A stretch of DNA of 64,000 nucleotides, from NCBI GenBank assembly GCA_964016885.1, contig OZ024746.1, positions 70,432,001 to 70,496,000 on the forward strand. The letters are read 5' to 3'. The notes beneath the pieces are model-generated. The model saw nothing but the letters and a program-made list of their open reading frames with translations, made no database searches and was not told the origin of the DNA. Source of the stretch: Eledone cirrhosa. Taxonomy: Eukaryota. Both the position numbers and the translations under genes were made by a program. This document shows positions 61,065 to 64,000 of this stretch, in pieces (within the stretch, counting starts at the first letter, position 1; every line of letters starts with the position of its first letter).

Positions 61065-61537
61065 GTATAAATATTTTGTATCTCCAAAGAAATACAGTTT
61101 TAGGAAGCCATAGCTATGCAACATTGGGGGGGGGGGGGGCTAACGCCCTCTGGTGATGTCCAGCAGAAGCCTGAAATGCATAGACGGTTGTCCCCCTTGC
61201 TTATGCTGGACATCACCAGAGGGCGTTAGCCCCCCAGTGTTTGCATAGCTATGGCTCCTAAAACCATATTTCTTTGGAGATACAAAATATTTATACATAT
61301 TGTATAAAGCTATGCTTGAAGCGAAACCCTATTTCTTTTTTATTATAAGTTGAGCCAACTTATGCAGCTTCATATGCAAAAGAGATTAATCACCTCATTT
61401 ACACAGACGAGAAAAGTATATATTCTCAGCTGTCTCGTAGTCCAGCAGTCGCAAGCGGTGGGAGGGACGGTCCTGACGAAGGTCAGTTAAGCCTGAAATG
61501 CATAGACGGTTGTCTCCCTTGCTTCTGCTGGACATCA
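61065..61537. mobile_element. Retrozyme-like repeat, family 1b, with a central deletion; hammerhead at ~61468-61510 (+)
   Basis: gtc CTGACGA aggt cagttaa gcct GAAA tgca TA gac. Confidence 0.75.
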
Positions 61538-62650
61538 TCATCATCATCATCACCGTTTTACGTCCGTTCTTCCATGCTAGCATGGGTTAGACGAGTTGTC
61601 CTGTTGTGGACAGTGTCTGGTCGGCTAACCATGCCTTGCACAGACAGGAACTGATTTTGGCTTGATTTCTACAGCTGGATGCCCTTCCTAACACCAACCT
61701 CATTTACAGTGAGTGCTGGGTGCTTTTGTCCGTGGCGCCTATACGTCCACTTTACAGTATGGGCTGGGTGCTTTTTTGCCGTGGGCACCTCCACAAACAC
61801 TTTGCAGTGGGAGGGTGTGGGGACATATTGTCTATATGCTTCAGCTTGTACCCATGGGAGGTCGGGTACTCTGTATTACTGCGTGACGCCAGAGGTCACG
61901 GTCTTGTGTCATCGCCTTTGAGAGGTGTAATTGGGTAAGGTCGGCTTTTATCACCTCATCACAGGTCTTCTTGGGTCTCCCCACTCCGCGGTTTCCATTG
62001 ACTTCTAGTGCTCTGCACCTTTTTATGCAGCTGTCATCATTCATACACATCACATGTCCATACCAACGCAACCGCCTCTCCTGCACACAGCATTTGATTC
62101 CTCTTATGCTCAGTCTCTCTCTCAATTCATTTATGCTTTGCCGTTTGCGTATATTACTATTACACATCCATCGGAGCATGCAGGCTTCGTTTCTTTCTAA
62201 TCTACGTAAGTCTTCCACCTTCAGCGCCCAGGTCTCACTACCATATAACATTGCTACTCGGATACACGCATCATACAGTCTGCCTTTCATTTTGAGGGAG
62301 AAACCTTTTGCAGATAGCAGTGGCAGTAGTTCCCTAAACTTCTTCCATCCCGTTCTTACCCTAGTTATTGTACTTTCTGAACACCCACCTCTGCTGCTAA
62401 TTCGGTCACCTAGGTAGCAGAAGCTGTCTACTGTTTCTACAGAGCCCTCCCAGAGATTGGTGGTACTTGTTTCCTGTGGCTGTTTGCTGCTTGCTGTCCC
62501 AGCACAGCTGCTACATGTGAAGCCTACATTCTTAATTAAGCTTCGTGAGATCCCGCTACATCTCTTGTGTACCCATTGTTCGCATTTGAGGCAGAGAATG
62601 GAGTTCCTACCAACACCTTTCCTACATACTGAGCAAGGCCATTTCCCTGA
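61533..62650 (-). mobile_element. RTE subfamily C 3' fragment with an open C-terminal frame
   Basis: ORF 61841-62719: PHD-like array, AMLYGSETW, RRLRWYGHV, GRPKKT. Confidence 0.9.
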
Positions 62651-62835
62651 TATATATGTATACAGATGTACAGTAGTATGTTTATATACACATACATGCA
62701 CACATATATATATGTACATATGGGTTTACCGAACATTTATTATAATGTTCGATTTGTTTGTAAACAAACAGCCCGAATTAAGCCGTACTGTGTTCGGCAA
62801 CCATCGTTGCCCTTTTGTTCAACACTGGCAAAGGA

Positions 62836-62878
62836 ACGATGAACTAGTTTCAAGCTTATTTGCTATCGTCAGCATCAT
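62836..62878 (-). ncRNA. Type I minimal hammerhead motif (family 3, within repeat ~62652-63260)
   Basis: Identical to 47146-47188. Confidence 0.85.
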
Positions 62879-63286
62879 ATACCTTCCTGTCAGATGATTG
62901 AACGTTTGAAAGTATATACTTTCCTTATGCATATTAACGGCTGGGCAGCCTAATTTGCATATCAAGTGAGTTAGTCGGCCGGGCGTACAGAAAACGATAA
63001 ATGGAAAAGAATGAAATGAAATTCCATTTCTCACTCTTAGTACCGCTGATACTTAAATGTATGTATGTATACGTACATATATGTATACAGATGTACAGTA
63101 GTATATATATATATATACATACATGCACACATATATATATGTACGTATGGGTTTACCGAACATTTATTATCATGTTCAGTTTGTTTGTAAACAAACAGCC
63201 CGAATTAAGCCGTACAGTATTCGGCAACCATCATCGCCCTTTTGTTCAACACTGACAATATATATATGTATATGTCTGTATATATG

Positions 63287-63320
<34 letters not shown>

Positions 63321-63650
63321 CAGTGTACAGCTGGCATTCTCCGTCCCAGTTATTTGCAGAATTTTCCTTAGAACCTAACACCAATAATTGCTCAAGGAGA
63401 CCACCGCATATTCGTGGAATCGTAAATATCTTCTGTGATTCATTGATGGCTTTTTTCGTGGCAATATATATTTTTTCATACTTTTTAACGTTAAATTATT
63501 AATAACAATATACCATATTTGCCAGACTATATATTAAATTATGTTTTGACGTTTATAGGCATTTTTGTGGGCTACGCCAATTATTGCGCTTCTGAAACTC
63601 TTCACGGGTGCTCTAGGGACATAAACCTCACTCATACAGTGGAACAACTG

Positions 63651-63708
<58 letters not shown>

Positions 63709-64000
63709 TATGTGTACGCACATATATATGTTTCTATACTTTTATATATATATATGAAAATTATTGTCTAAAGGATGGTGTTGGCCTCTAAAATTTCTGA
63801 CAACACACTCACAACGTTACCCCAAGTGATTGAAGGTGTCTGAACAACACACTAGAACAAGGACTGATTGCGTTTCATAAAAGAAAGAAAATGTTAAGGC
63901 GTAAAACAAAAGCCACAGAAATTTCTTGAATATTAAAAATATTTCTAAGAAGCCAATGATCAAATATGAGCAAGATTTTAATTCCAACAAAAAAAATGTA

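Larger units (their letters stand above)
20330..64000. repeat. Tandem segmental duplication of a C2H2-ZNF-plus-transposon unit (at least 5 units)
   Basis: The anchor gacaaca(c/a)actcaca recurs at ~20345, 24284, 37343, 48272 and 63799. The anchor ttttgtgggctacgcc recurs at ~24090, 36830, 48060 and 63563. Element order is the same in each unit. Confidence 0.95.

Overview
AT-rich, repeat-dense eukaryotic DNA, most likely a coleoid cephalopod such as Octopus (inferred from the [16 protein letters not shown]2H2 gene cluster, the SINE type and the (TA)n/(TATG)n microsatellites; not proven). Positions 1-20.3 kb are nested, decayed transposons: Helitron-like ends, an R4/Dong-type RLE retrotransposon, a Tx1/L1-type LINE, a Penelope GIY-YIG fragment, SINEs and a CR1-type LINE. 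Positions 20.3-64 kb are a tandem segmental duplication of at least five units (about 3.8, 12.7, 11.2 and 15.5 kb, plus the start of another). Each unit carries a minus-strand C2H2 zinc-finger ORF: two intact, one with a premature stop and one nearly deleted; the ORF of the last unit lies past the window end. The units share RTE, Penelope and Helitron fragments and also have unit-specific insertions and deletions, including a young non-autonomous LTR element. The signal the ORF track misses is a dense set of hammerhead ribozyme motifs, read by eye, in about six distinct non-coding repeat families. These include two retrozyme-like tandem repeats (about 325 and 424 nt) that also carry an octamer motif, and several recurrent non-canonical catalytic cores (U4A; U4A plus A6U; U3-A8; U.U at the base of helix II). 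Ribozyme activity and novelty are untested. Boundaries of decayed elements are approximate.
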